From a virus: a DNA stretch of 64,000 nt. Shown piece by piece: positions 1 through 8,639 of this stretch; the first letter of the stretch is position 1, and each line of letters starts with the position of its first letter. The notes below the pieces were generated by a model that saw only the letters and a list, made by a program, of their open reading frames with translations, ran no database searches and was not told where the DNA came from. The position numbers and the translations under genes were made by a program. Location of the stretch: the IMG/VR virus record IMGVR_UViG_3300043496_000205, positions 4,253-68,252 of that record; one strand, written 5' to 3'.

Positions 1-1
1 C

Positions 2-676
2 CTGGTCCAGAACGGGGAGATCAGGGAATATTCAAGAATCCAGTTACTCGAGCGAAAAGGTGTATTTAATTTTTATATTACCACCGATTTTGCCACTTCC
101 GATAAACAAACCGCGGATTTTTCGGTGATCTCCGTCTGGGCGCTCAATGCTCAGGGTGACTGGTTCTGGGTCGACGGCATTGTCGAGCGCCAGACCATGG
201 ACAAGACGATCGATGACCTCTTTCGTCTGGTTCAAACCTACAAGCCCCAGTCCGTGGGCGTCGAAGTCTCCGGCCAGCAGCTGGCTTTCATCAAGTGGTT
301 GCAGCGCGAGATGATGGAACGTAACATCTGGTTCAATTTTGCGTCGTCGGAAAAGAACAACTCCCCTGGGATCCGGCCCATCGTCAATAAATTGGCCCGC
401 TTTAACTTAATCGTCCCGCTATTTAAGGCGGGGAAGATGTACTTTCCCAGCGAGTGGAAAACGTCGAAGATTATGGCGCACTTTTATGGCCAGATTCGCC
501 TCGCAACCAAGAATGGCCTGAAAGGCAAGGACGACTGTCTCGACACGATATCCATGCTGATGTATCTAAATGCCTGGAAGCCCAGCGAAGAGATCGCGGT
601 CCCTGATCCAGGCAGTGGCATGTGGAAGGATACCTTCCCAGACCAGCCAAGCGCCATTTCATCATATATTGTTTGA
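2..676 (+). CDS. terL: Terminase large subunit, C-terminal nuclease domain (5' partial; N4 gp68-like)
   Basis: Frame is open from base 2 (LVQNGEIREYSRIQLLERKGVFNFYITTDFATSDKQTADFSVISVW...); RNase H-like acidic motifs TTDFATS, GVEVSGQQ, DDCLDT. Confidence 0.9.
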   Translation: MVQNGEIREYSRIQLLERKGVFNFYITTDFATSDKQTADFSVISVWALNAQGDWFWVDGIVERQTMDKTIDDLFRLVQTYKPQSVGVEVSGQQLAFIKWLQREMMERNIWFNFASSEKNNSPGIRPIVNKLARFNLIVPLFKAGKMYFPSEWKTSKIMAHFYGQIRLATKNGLKGKDDCLDTISMLMYLNAWKPSEEIAVPDPGSGMWKDTFPDQPSAISSYIV

Positions 677-706
677 TTATTTATGGGTGTTTTCAGGTGA
701 TTTATA

Positions 707-1411
707 ATGAAAATTTTGGAATTATTCCGTAGATTAGCCTACGGAGAGCTTTCCAACCTGGCTGTAGCCAACCCTGATGGGACCCTCGTCACCGAGAAGC
801 ACCCTCAGATGACCCAATACGTGAATGAAGGGCTACTTCGGCTCTATTCGCGGTTCATCCTCGAGGAGAAGGTCGTTCTCATCGAGCAATACGAACATAT
901 CATCAGTTATCACCTGAAGAATCGGTTCTCCGAGTCGGCTGGTGCCGACATCGCCTACCCGTACATCAAGGATATGCCGGATGAGCCCTTCAAGGGTGAC
1001 GTTATCCGCATCCTTCAGGTCACCGACAAGGACGGGAATGTCCGCGTTCTCAACGACAAGGACGATCCGTCCTCCCTCTTTACGCCACAGCCCGATATCC
1101 TTCAGGTTCCGACGCCAATCGAAGGTGAACCACTTTCGATAACCTACCAGGCACGGCATTGGGTCCTCGATGACCGGATCGGCAAGATCCTGGAGCAGGA
1201 AATTGACCTTCCCTTCTTCCTGGAAGGTGCCCTGCAGAGCTTCGTCGCCTACAAGACCTATTCCGATATGAATGGGCAGGAGAACATTGGCAAGAGCCAG
1301 GAAAAACTGGCTGCCTATGAGGCGATCTGTGTCGAAGTCGAGCTGAAAGACCTGATCAATCAGAGCTTCCACACGTCGCACACCAAGCTCGAGCAGCGAG
1401 GCTTTGTCTGA
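707..1411 (+). CDS. N4 gp67-like virion protein (putative head-tail adaptor)
   Basis: 234 aa directly after terL as in N4; GELSNLA, LLRLYSRF, F.LEGALQSFVAYK pattern. Confidence 0.7.
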   Translation: MKILELFRRLAYGELSNLAVANPDGTLVTEKHPQMTQYVNEGLLRLYSRFILEEKVVLIEQYEHIISYHLKNRFSESAGADIAYPYIKDMPDEPFKGDVIRILQVTDKDGNVRVLNDKDDPSSLFTPQPDILQVPTPIEGEPLSITYQARHWVLDDRIGKILEQEIDLPFFLEGALQSFVAYKTYSDMNGQENIGKSQEKLAAYEAICVEVELKDLINQSFHTSHTKLEQRGFV

Positions 1412-3582
1412 TGGGTAGTGTCCCGGTTTTCCACAATCCCTATGGGCAGAATGGCAATTCGCCGAAGCAGATCGACCAGGTAGTCGGCACTGCCTATGAG
1501 GTTGTCCGCGAAGTCGGCGAAAACCTCGAATATGTGAAGCACGTCTCGGCTCACATGGTTCAGATCTTCCGGGTGGCGCAGTCGACCGATGGCATCGACA
1601 TGCTTTACACCTACATCGAAGAGCTGGCGATCCTGCTGACCCACATCGAAGAGGTCCTGCTGGTCTCGGCTTCCCTCGAAGAGATCATGGCGATCCATGA
1701 CGAGCTCGCCAAGCTGCTCGTTATCTCCGACAACATCGTTGCTCTGGCCGATCTCTACGCCAACCTGGATGAGATCCTCTCCAAGGGCGGAACCGTCATC
1801 GTCTCCGAGACGCCGCCCACTACCGAGGTCCAGGGTCGCCTGTGGTGGGAGAATGACTCGGGAAATCTGTTCGCCTGGTACGACGATGGGACCTCGGGGC
1901 AGTGGGTCCAGATCAATATCGCCAGCACGTCCTACGACTGGACCGATATCCTCAACAAGCCGAGCACTTTCCCGCCGACGAACCACACCCATGCCGAGGA
2001 TGTGAAGAAAACCGGCGATGTGATGACCGGCAACCTCTACATCGCACCCCCGACAGGCAATGCTTTCCTGGCTTTGAGGAGTACCGTCGCTACCAGTGCT
2101 GTTCTCTATGGGCAGCAGCTCAATGACCAGGGCGTAGCCGGGAATCGCTGGTCGATTACGTTGGGAAACACGCTCGCCGAGAGTGGTGTCTCGACTGGAT
2201 CGGATTTTGCCATCACCCGCTACAGCAATGCTGGCGCCGGGATCGATAGCCCGTTCACCATCCCGCGATCGACCGGAGTTCCCAATTTCCCTCTCGGCCT
2301 GACAGCCAAGACGCCTCTGACCACCGACAATGACACGTCTGTCGCGACGACAGCCTTCGTTAAGACCCAGATCAACAGCTTCAACGACATCGTGGGCAAC
2401 ACGCTGACTGTTGCAGGCCAGACCGTCATCCATGTCGTCAATGATCCAGAGGTGCTGGGCTATTCCATCGCCTGGGGTAACGGCCTCATGAAGACGACCC
2501 ACAAAGCTGGGTCTACCGTCGAGGGGCGATACAACACAGCTGTTGGACTGCATGCCCTGGCTGAGTTGACGATCGCCAGCCACAACACTTTCATGGGCTA
2601 TACGGCGGGTCAGAGAGTCACCACCGGGTCTCACAACACCGCCATCGGGCGGGCGTCGATGATCTACCTGACGACCGGCTATCAGAACACCGCCGTTGGG
2701 CAGGGTGCTATGGTTGGCAGCCTGGACACAGGTCAGACCGGGAAATGGTTCTACAATACCGGTATCGGGCATAATGCCCTGTACGATCTCAAGGATACCG
2801 CCAGCAGCAATACCGGTGTTGGCTGGGGCGTCATGTATAGCAGCGTCAGTGGTGGCTTGGCGGGACAACAAAATTCTGCTCTCGGTGTTAATGCCCTTCA
2901 TAATATTTCCAGCGGAGATAATAACAATGCCCTTGGTTATCTGGCTCTGGGTTCTGTCTCCACCGGTAATAATAACATTGGCATTGGCTACAATGCTGGC
3001 GGAGGCATTACGTCTGGATCCGGTAACGTCATCATCGGGCATAATCTGGGATCACTAAGCCCGACCCTGACGAATGCCTTTATCGTTTCTGTCGAGAATG
3101 GCACCCAGGTCATCACTGGCGGCAAGACCGGTATCTTCATACGCGGCACCAGCAGCAATACCGTCCCCCTGGCCGGTTATGTTGGTGAATACAAAGAGGT
3201 CAACCTCCCCCAGGCCTCTGATAAGGCCATGGGAAATGGGGTACCGCTCACGGTTGCCTCGTTGGCACTCACTCCCGGTGACTGGGATGTCTATGGCTGG
3301 ATCGGTTTCACGGGTGGTGCATCCACAACAGTCACCCGCCTGCTTGGCTGCCTGTCCCTGACAGCAGCGACGATCGATACCGGCACGCCTGGCGCCTCAT
3401 GGGCCACTGTGCAGGTCCCAGGTACCGTGATTGGGGCAAGTGCCAACTATTTCAAGGGAATGTGCGGTTATCGCAGAATGACGATCAGTGCCAGTGACAC
3501 TGTTTATCTTGTTGGGTATGCGACTTTTACCGGTAATGCCCCAAGTGTCTGGGGTAAAATCTGGGCAAGGCGGATGAGATAA
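1411..3582 (+). CDS. Tail fibre with N4 gp66-like N-terminal anchor, W-rich module and NTAxG beta-repeat region
   Basis: Anchor-like IDQVVGTAYEVVREVGENLEYVKHVSAH; W-module GRLWWENDSGNLFAWYDD..QWVQI; about 10 NT(A/G)xG repeats; C-terminal GDWDV beta domain. Confidence 0.8.
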   Translation: MGSVPVFHNPYGQNGNSPKQIDQVVGTAYEVVREVGENLEYVKHVSAHMVQIFRVAQSTDGIDMLYTYIEELAILLTHIEEVLLVSASLEEIMAIHDELAKLLVISDNIVALADLYANLDEILSKGGTVIVSETPPTTEVQGRLWWENDSGNLFAWYDDGTSGQWVQINIASTSYDWTDILNKPSTFPPTNHTHAEDVKKTGDVMTGNLYIAPPTGNAFLALRSTVATSAVLYGQQLNDQGVAGNRWSITLGNTLAESGVSTGSDFAITRYSNAGAGIDSPFTIPRSTGVPNFPLGLTAKTPLTTDNDTSVATTAFVKTQINSFNDIVGNTLTVAGQTVIHVVNDPEVLGYSIAWGNGLMKTTHKAGSTVEGRYNTAVGLHALAELTIASHNTFMGYTAGQRVTTGSHNTAIGRASMIYLTTGYQNTAVGQGAMVGSLDTGQTGKWFYNTGIGHNALYDLKDTASSNTGVGWGVMYSSVSGGLAGQQNSALGVNALHNISSGDNNNALGYLALGSVSTGNNNIGIGYNAGGGITSGSGNVIIGHNLGSLSPTLTNAFIVSVENGTQVITGGKTGIFIRGTSSNTVPLAGYVGEYKEVNLPQASDKAMGNGVPLTVASLALTPGDWDVYGWIGFTGGASTTVTRLLGCLSLTAATIDTGTPGASWATVQVPGTVIGASANYFKGMCGYRRMTISASDTVYLVGYATFTGNAPSVWGKIWARRMR
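2530..3050 (+). repeat. Tandem NT(A/G)xG.xA peptide repeats (trimeric-adhesin-head-like beta-roll)
   Basis: YNTAVGLHAL, HNTFMGYTAG, HNTAIGRASM, QNTAVGQGAM, YNTGIGHNAL, SNTGVGWG, QNSALGVNAL, NNNALGYLAL, NNIGIGYNAG, GNVIIGHN. Confidence 0.8.
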
Positions 3583-5945
3583 TGGTAGCTTTTAATTTCC
3601 CCGATAATCCCTTTGTCGGTGAGAGTTTTGCTCCACCCAATGGACCCGCTTGGCAATGGGATGGCCTGACCTGGCGTATTGAATCGATCGCACCCCCGAT
3701 CTCGCAGGCTGAGGTCTCGGTTGGTGACCAGCTGCCCACTGTCGGTGTCTTCAATGGTCAGCTCTGGTGGCAAAGCAACACCGGCAAGCTGTTCGTCTGG
3801 TACGACGACACGAGTTCGGCTCAATGGGTGCAGATCATTGCCCCGACGCTGATCCTCGATGCCACTGACTCACTGGTCAAGGCGACTGGGGGTTCAATAC
3901 ACCGGCCTCTGGCCGACTGGTTCGCTGGTATGGGTCGGGTGGACAATCCACCGGAGCTAGGTTTTTGGCCTGACCAGCACGCCACCAATATCTGGCGTAT
4001 GCGAGACCGCGTCTTCATCGGTGACGCCAGTTACTATGACGGCAACATGACCCAGGCCAATGGATCCTGGCTGGGTGAGCCACAGACCGTGCTCGATGAC
4101 GGTAATATGAACCAGCACTGGCTCGAGCGGTCAGCACAGCTGTACTCGAACCACACTGAAGGTGGCATCGCCATCCTGGGAGCTACCCGTGTCGGCGACA
4201 AAAGCGTCGCTGGGCAGACATCGATCGCTGTCGCTGGCTATGCCTACGCCAACAAGGATCCAGGCAATGTTTGGGGTGGGTATTTCGAGGGTGTCCGGGA
4301 TTCTGTTTCCACAAATGCGGTATTTGGTATTGAAGTTAATGCCAAAAATCTTGGAACAGTTAAAACCAATAATCCCTACGAAATGTTCGTCCCCGGTGGT
4401 ACTTATGGGCTCTGGGTGGCCGGAGGTGGCAATTCTCCAGCTGAGCCGATACCGACCGCTAACTCCACCGCTGCCATTTCGATCGGAGCCAATACCTCTC
4501 GCTGGGTCAAGGGCATCGTCTTCGACGCCGATGGTCTCGAAGGTACCGATGGCCTGAATTCCGGTAAGGCGATCGCCATTGAAATGGGCATGGGCCAGGC
4601 GATCAAATGGCGCCATGCAGCCGAGCTCTACTCGACATCCGGTGAGATCAGATCCGACAACAACCTGGCATCCTCCGAGACCCGTATCGTCTTTGGACCT
4701 ACTGGCCTGCAGCTCAAATGCATGGACAGCTCGCAGAACCAGGAAGTCACCATTGCCGAATTCCCGATCCAGCCGGATGCAGGTATCTACCCGGTGCTCA
4801 GCGCCGGTATGGCCGGTGTTCACCTTGCTGCCGTAGGCACCAATGCCGATGGCCACATTAACCTGACCCCCAAGGGGATAGGTGTCGTCCAGACACGCAG
4901 CTCCATCCTGATGAACACCGAGGCTCCAATAGAGGCTGGCGGTGCGCTCGGGATTGGGCTCATGCTGTCGAATGTGCCCAATTTCGGTGTGCATTTCGGG
5001 GCCGGTATCCCATTGATCGTGGCAGCCCAAGGCTCTCTCTATCTGCGGTCTGACGGCACTTTCAACGAGCGTATCTATGTCAACGAAGATGGCACCGCCC
5101 GCTGGCGTGCTCTGGTCGACGATGTCTCCGGCAAGGTCGATGTTGTTCACGTTGGGGCTGGTGGGGACGCTCATGCCCTGGCAATCCCGGTTGGTGACGC
5201 TGTTGTCCCGGCAGGTCTGAATGGCTTCATGAGTGCTGCCGACAAGGCCAAGATCAACACGATCAGCGCCGGTATCGGGGCATCCATCGACCGTAGGTGG
5301 GATACTGCCGGTACCGCTTCCTGGCTCAAGAACGCGAACATTGTCGCCCTTGAAGTCTGGGTCCAGGCAGGAGGTGGAGGTGGTGGTGGAGCCAGTGCTG
5401 GTCTTGGCCAAACTTCTGTCGGTGCTGGTGGTGCTGGAGGTGGCGGCGTCTACAAGTTCTATGACAAGGCCGCATTGGCCCTCCTGGATCCCGATCTGCT
5501 GGGCATTCCAATTGTTGTCGGTGCCGGTGGCATTGGCGGCGTGATCGCAGGTGGTGCTGGTGCCAATGGCAGCGTATCGAGCTTTGGTACCCTGTCGGCA
5601 AGCGGTGGCCAGGGTGGCAATACGTCTGGGGCCAGTGCCCTGGATGCAGCTGTTGCCGGTGCTCAACCGGGTGAAGGAACTGGTGGCGACGACAACATTC
5701 GGGGTGGCCCCGGTCATCTCGCAATCAAGTTTGCAGGAACCACGCCTTATACAGCAGCGGGTGGCGTCGGTGGTGATGCCGCATTTGGTAATGGCGCTGG
5801 TTGGGCACGAACCACGCCAGATACTCCTGGCATTGACGCTAGCCGTGGTGCTGGTGGCTCTGGTGGTTTCTCAATAAATGCCGGTGGTGGAGCTGCGGGC
5901 GGTACCGGTGGAACCGGTTATGTCAAAATAAGGGAATATTATTAA
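3582..5945 (+). CDS. Tail fibre/appendage protein with two W-rich modules and Gly-rich C-terminal domain
   Basis: N-terminal FNFPDNPFVG..W.W..W, then GQLWWQSNTGKLFVWYDD..QWVQI; C-terminal VQAGGGGGGG...GGAGGGG Gly-rich domain typical of phage tail proteins. Confidence 0.75.
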   Translation: MVAFNFPDNPFVGESFAPPNGPAWQWDGLTWRIESIAPPISQAEVSVGDQLPTVGVFNGQLWWQSNTGKLFVWYDDTSSAQWVQIIAPTLILDATDSLVKATGGSIHRPLADWFAGMGRVDNPPELGFWPDQHATNIWRMRDRVFIGDASYYDGNMTQANGSWLGEPQTVLDDGNMNQHWLERSAQLYSNHTEGGIAILGATRVGDKSVAGQTSIAVAGYAYANKDPGNVWGGYFEGVRDSVSTNAVFGIEVNAKNLGTVKTNNPYEMFVPGGTYGLWVAGGGNSPAEPIPTANSTAAISIGANTSRWVKGIVFDADGLEGTDGLNSGKAIAIEMGMGQAIKWRHAAELYSTSGEIRSDNNLASSETRIVFGPTGLQLKCMDSSQNQEVTIAEFPIQPDAGIYPVLSAGMAGVHLAAVGTNADGHINLTPKGIGVVQTRSSILMNTEAPIEAGGALGIGLMLSNVPNFGVHFGAGIPLIVAAQGSLYLRSDGTFNERIYVNEDGTARWRALVDDVSGKVDVVHVGAGGDAHALAIPVGDAVVPAGLNGFMSAADKAKINTISAGIGASIDRRWDTAGTASWLKNANIVALEVWVQAGGGGGGGASAGLGQTSVGAGGAGGGGVYKFYDKAALALLDPDLLGIPIVVGAGGIGGVIAGGAGANGSVSSFGTLSASGGQGGNTSGASALDAAVAGAQPGEGTGGDDNIRGGPGHLAIKFAGTTPYTAAGGVGGDAAFGNGAGWARTTPDTPGIDASRGAGGSGGFSINAGGGAAGGTGGTGYVKIREYY

Positions 5946-6646
5946 TGTTTAATTTCCCTGATCTTCCTTCTGTCGGCGATATCTTTGCTCCTGCTGGTGG
6001 ACCGGCATGGAAATGGGATGGTGATTCCTGGCTGTCGATGATTGTCATGCCGGAACCACCACAACCCGATCAGGTGGTGGCTCTGCTTGGTGGTGTGGGC
6101 TATTCGGCTGGCCTCTTCTATGATGGCGCCTATACTCTGATGAACTCGACGGCCACACAGGAGCTGCTCGCCGACAAGCTGTACTTCACCCCATTCCGGG
6201 TTCGGGATATCCAGTTTTTCAACAAGATCGGGTTCAATGTCTCGATCCCGCTGACGGCAACATCTGCACGAGTGGGGATCTACAGTGCGCTCGAGGAAAC
6301 TGCGATGCAGTACCCTGGCCAGCTGCTCTACGATGCTGGGGTACTCGATGTGACCTCCGAGGGAATCAAGGAAGCCACCGTTTTCGATCCGATGACGGGA
6401 CGCGGCAAAGAGCTCGCTCCCGGCGAATACTGGTTGGCACTTGTGCTGGATGGGCAATGCACGGTCTATGGGAATGTCTCCCCCCAGGGCATGACCAAAT
6501 TTGGCAGTACCCTGGGACCTGGAATGCCGATCGATCTCCTGTTTTCGCAGGAGCATGTTTTTGCCGAGCTACCTGCATTGCCTGGCGTGATTTCACGCGA
6601 AGGCGGTGTATTCCCCAATATGAGCTTAAGGATAGACGCATCATGA
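5945..6646 (+). CDS. Short tail appendage protein (FNFP W-module plus beta domain)
   Basis: MFNFPDLPSVGDIFAPAGGPAWKWDGDSW, homologous to the N-terminus of 3582..5945; TAATG coupling. Confidence 0.7.
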   Translation: MFNFPDLPSVGDIFAPAGGPAWKWDGDSWLSMIVMPEPPQPDQVVALLGGVGYSAGLFYDGAYTLMNSTATQELLADKLYFTPFRVRDIQFFNKIGFNVSIPLTATSARVGIYSALEETAMQYPGQLLYDAGVLDVTSEGIKEATVFDPMTGRGKELAPGEYWLALVLDGQCTVYGNVSPQGMTKFGSTLGPGMPIDLLFSQEHVFAELPALPGVISREGGVFPNMSLRIDAS

Positions 6647-6837
6647 ACCAGAACGAAGAATTGCGTATTCCGCTGACCAACACTCTGATCCAGGCAATTG
6701 GCGACTACCTCATCTCGCGGCCCTACCGTGAAGTCGCTGTACTCATCAATTCCCTGCAGATGGAGGTGACGGCAGCGACAACCGTCAAGCCGAATGGCGT
6801 ACATGAGAATGTCGAGGTGGTGGGGGATCTTCAATGA
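6643..6837 (+). CDS. Small hypothetical protein, possible fibre chaperone (64 aa)
   Basis: ATG at 6643 overlaps the upstream stop (ATGA); IGDYLISRPYREVAVLINSL helix; the longer track ORF from 6457 is an upstream extension. Confidence 0.65.
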   Translation: MNQNEELRIPLTNTLIQAIGDYLISRPYREVAVLINSLQMEVTAATTVKPNGVHENVEVVGDLQ

Positions 6838-7340
6838 CGCCTGAGAAGAAAGCCGAGCTCGTCGCCCAGAAGCTGACCAAGCCAGTCAAGCGCACCTATT
6901 TCGGTGTGCAGCTTGCTGCATCTCCGTCCGGGCGAACTGTGGCGGCAACACCCTATGAACAGGGAGTGCCACCTGTCGTGGTCATTCCGCCCAATATGGG
7001 ATCGGTGCCAGTAACTCCCACCGGCAGCCATAATTCCCATGGTTCCACGGGAAACCTTTCACCCCTGGTCGACAGGATGGTGGGTTCTTCCTATGACGTG
7101 GTGCGGGAATGCGTGACCAATCTCGAGTACATCAAGCATGTGTCGGCCCACCTGGAGCAGGTTTATGCTCTGGCCAAACAGATCACCGAAGGGGGCTCAT
7201 TTATTTTTACCCCCGAGGAAATAGCCAATCCCATTAACGAAGGGGATATGGTTTTTGAATTTACTGATAATGAAACATTAACCATCAAAGCCAAAGGTTC
7301 TGATGGCATTGTCCGGCGCGGGATCATCCCGCTGGTCTAA
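6834..7340 (+). CDS. Short protein carrying a second gp66-like anchor motif
   Basis: LVDRMVGSSYDVVRECVTNLEYIKHVSAH matches the anchor of 1411..3582. Confidence 0.7.
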   Translation: MTPEKKAELVAQKLTKPVKRTYFGVQLAASPSGRTVAATPYEQGVPPVVVIPPNMGSVPVTPTGSHNSHGSTGNLSPLVDRMVGSSYDVVRECVTNLEYIKHVSAHLEQVYALAKQITEGGSFIFTPEEIANPINEGDMVFEFTDNETLTIKAKGSDGIVRRGIIPLV

Positions 7341-7352
7341 TAGGTGATTGCC

Positions 7353-7946
7353 ATGGCTACTGATGACCCGATGGCTGGGTATATCCCTCTTGAGCATTTC
7401 CAGCTGACGGATGACGATGCGTCGACGGTTCGCATCCGCGACATGCCGTATGGCAAACGCCGCGAGCAGCTGACGATCTATCCGACTGCACTGGTGTTCC
7501 CCCAGCTCTCGGTCAATTCGATTTCTCCTGGCTACCCGATCATGCTGACCAACACCGGCTACGATGTCCTGGTCATTAGCGATCTCAAAGTCGTCGGCGA
7601 TTTCGCCATTGTCAAACCGTCGATCTGGGTGGGTGCAAGCATTACCCTGGTCGCTGGCCAGCATGTGTCCCTGACGGTCACTTATAATCCCAAGCGTGAA
7701 GGCACTGTCACCGGAGGCATCTATTTCAACACTGGCTCTGCTGCGGGTGAAGAATTCGTCCACCTCACTGGTTCGGGCACGCCTGGATCCGGCACAATCG
7801 TCTGGATGAGCGGCACTGGATCTCCCGAAGGCAAGATTGCTGCCAAGGTGGGATCGGTCTTCTGCCGTACCGATGGCGGCGTCAAAACCACGATGTACGT
7901 CAAGGAAGCCGGGGCTGCCGGTATGACTGGATGGGTGGCCAAATAG
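7353..7946 (+). CDS. Tail-associated protein, Ig-like (ASH/choice-of-anchor-D-like) domain, paralogue 1
   Basis: YIPLEHF..TDDD.ST.RIRDMPYGK N-terminus; LTNTGYDVLVISDL..VGDF..YNPKREG.VTG Ig-like core; C-terminal GTGSPEG..AKVGS..RTDGG..YVKE..GW module; AGGTGA RBS favours ATG 7353. Confidence 0.65.
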   Translation: MATDDPMAGYIPLEHFQLTDDDASTVRIRDMPYGKRREQLTIYPTALVFPQLSVNSISPGYPIMLTNTGYDVLVISDLKVVGDFAIVKPSIWVGASITLVAGQHVSLTVTYNPKREGTVTGGIYFNTGSAAGEEFVHLTGSGTPGSGTIVWMSGTGSPEGKIAAKVGSVFCRTDGGVKTTMYVKEAGAAGMTGWVAK

Positions 7947-8636
7947 ATGCAGCCGTATATCCCCCTGGAGCATTTCAAAGCCACGGATGACGACTACTCG
8001 ACGAGTCGTATCCGGGACATGCCCTATGGGAAACAGCGTGAAGCACTGAGGCTGACCCCCACCACGATGAACTTCAACTCGATGATGCTCAACCGGATCT
8101 CTCCTCCGGAGACCCTGCTGCTGCAGAATGTCGGTTACGACAAGGTGATCATCGAGGATATCCAGGTCGTGGGGGATTTCGTCTTCGATGGTTCAACCAT
8201 CAAATCCGTAGACATTGGAGAGACGGTTTCCCTGTTTGTGTCCTTCCTGCCGAAGGTGACTACGATCGTAACCGGAGCTCTTTACGTCAATGCCCCCAGT
8301 GCGGTCGGCTCGAAATTTGCTACCCTCACTGGCTCAGGGGTCACAACCGAGGATCGCCTCATGCAGTACCCCTTGCTTACCAACGGCAAAGCCACGGGCG
8401 CCACGATCAACATCTCCAATGGCGTCTATTCCTGTGCAGTGTCGGGTGTCTTCGATGGAGCTGTTGCCCAGCTGCAGTGGCGGGCCGATACGACCAAGCC
8501 CTGGGTTGATATCCCGAATGTCAAGTTTTCCAAGGCAGATACGATTTATGGTATTCCATTAAATATTGGGCAAGCTCGAATATTTATTACTGGCGCGGGT
8601 TTTTCAACCTCGTTAACCGTCATGTTAATGTGGTAA
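7947..8636 (+). CDS. Tail-associated protein, Ig-like domain, paralogue 2
   Basis: Same YIPLEHF...RIRDMPYGK N-terminus and LQNVGYD..I..I.VVGDF..F.PK..T.TGAL core as 7353..7946, with a different C-terminus. Confidence 0.65.
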   Translation: MQPYIPLEHFKATDDDYSTSRIRDMPYGKQREALRLTPTTMNFNSMMLNRISPPETLLLQNVGYDKVIIEDIQVVGDFVFDGSTIKSVDIGETVSLFVSFLPKVTTIVTGALYVNAPSAVGSKFATLTGSGVTTEDRLMQYPLLTNGKATGATINISNGVYSCAVSGVFDGAVAQLQWRADTTKPWVDIPNVKFSKADTIYGIPLNIGQARIFITGAGFSTSLTVMLMW

Positions 8637-8639
8637 AAA

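Noticed and set aside
1360-3042. Long minus-strand ORFs shadowing real genes (e.g. 1360..3042, 4131..5717, and plus-strand 53243..54184)
   Set aside because: Antisense to motif-bearing genes, no RBS or recognisable motifs; expected from GC-rich codon bias
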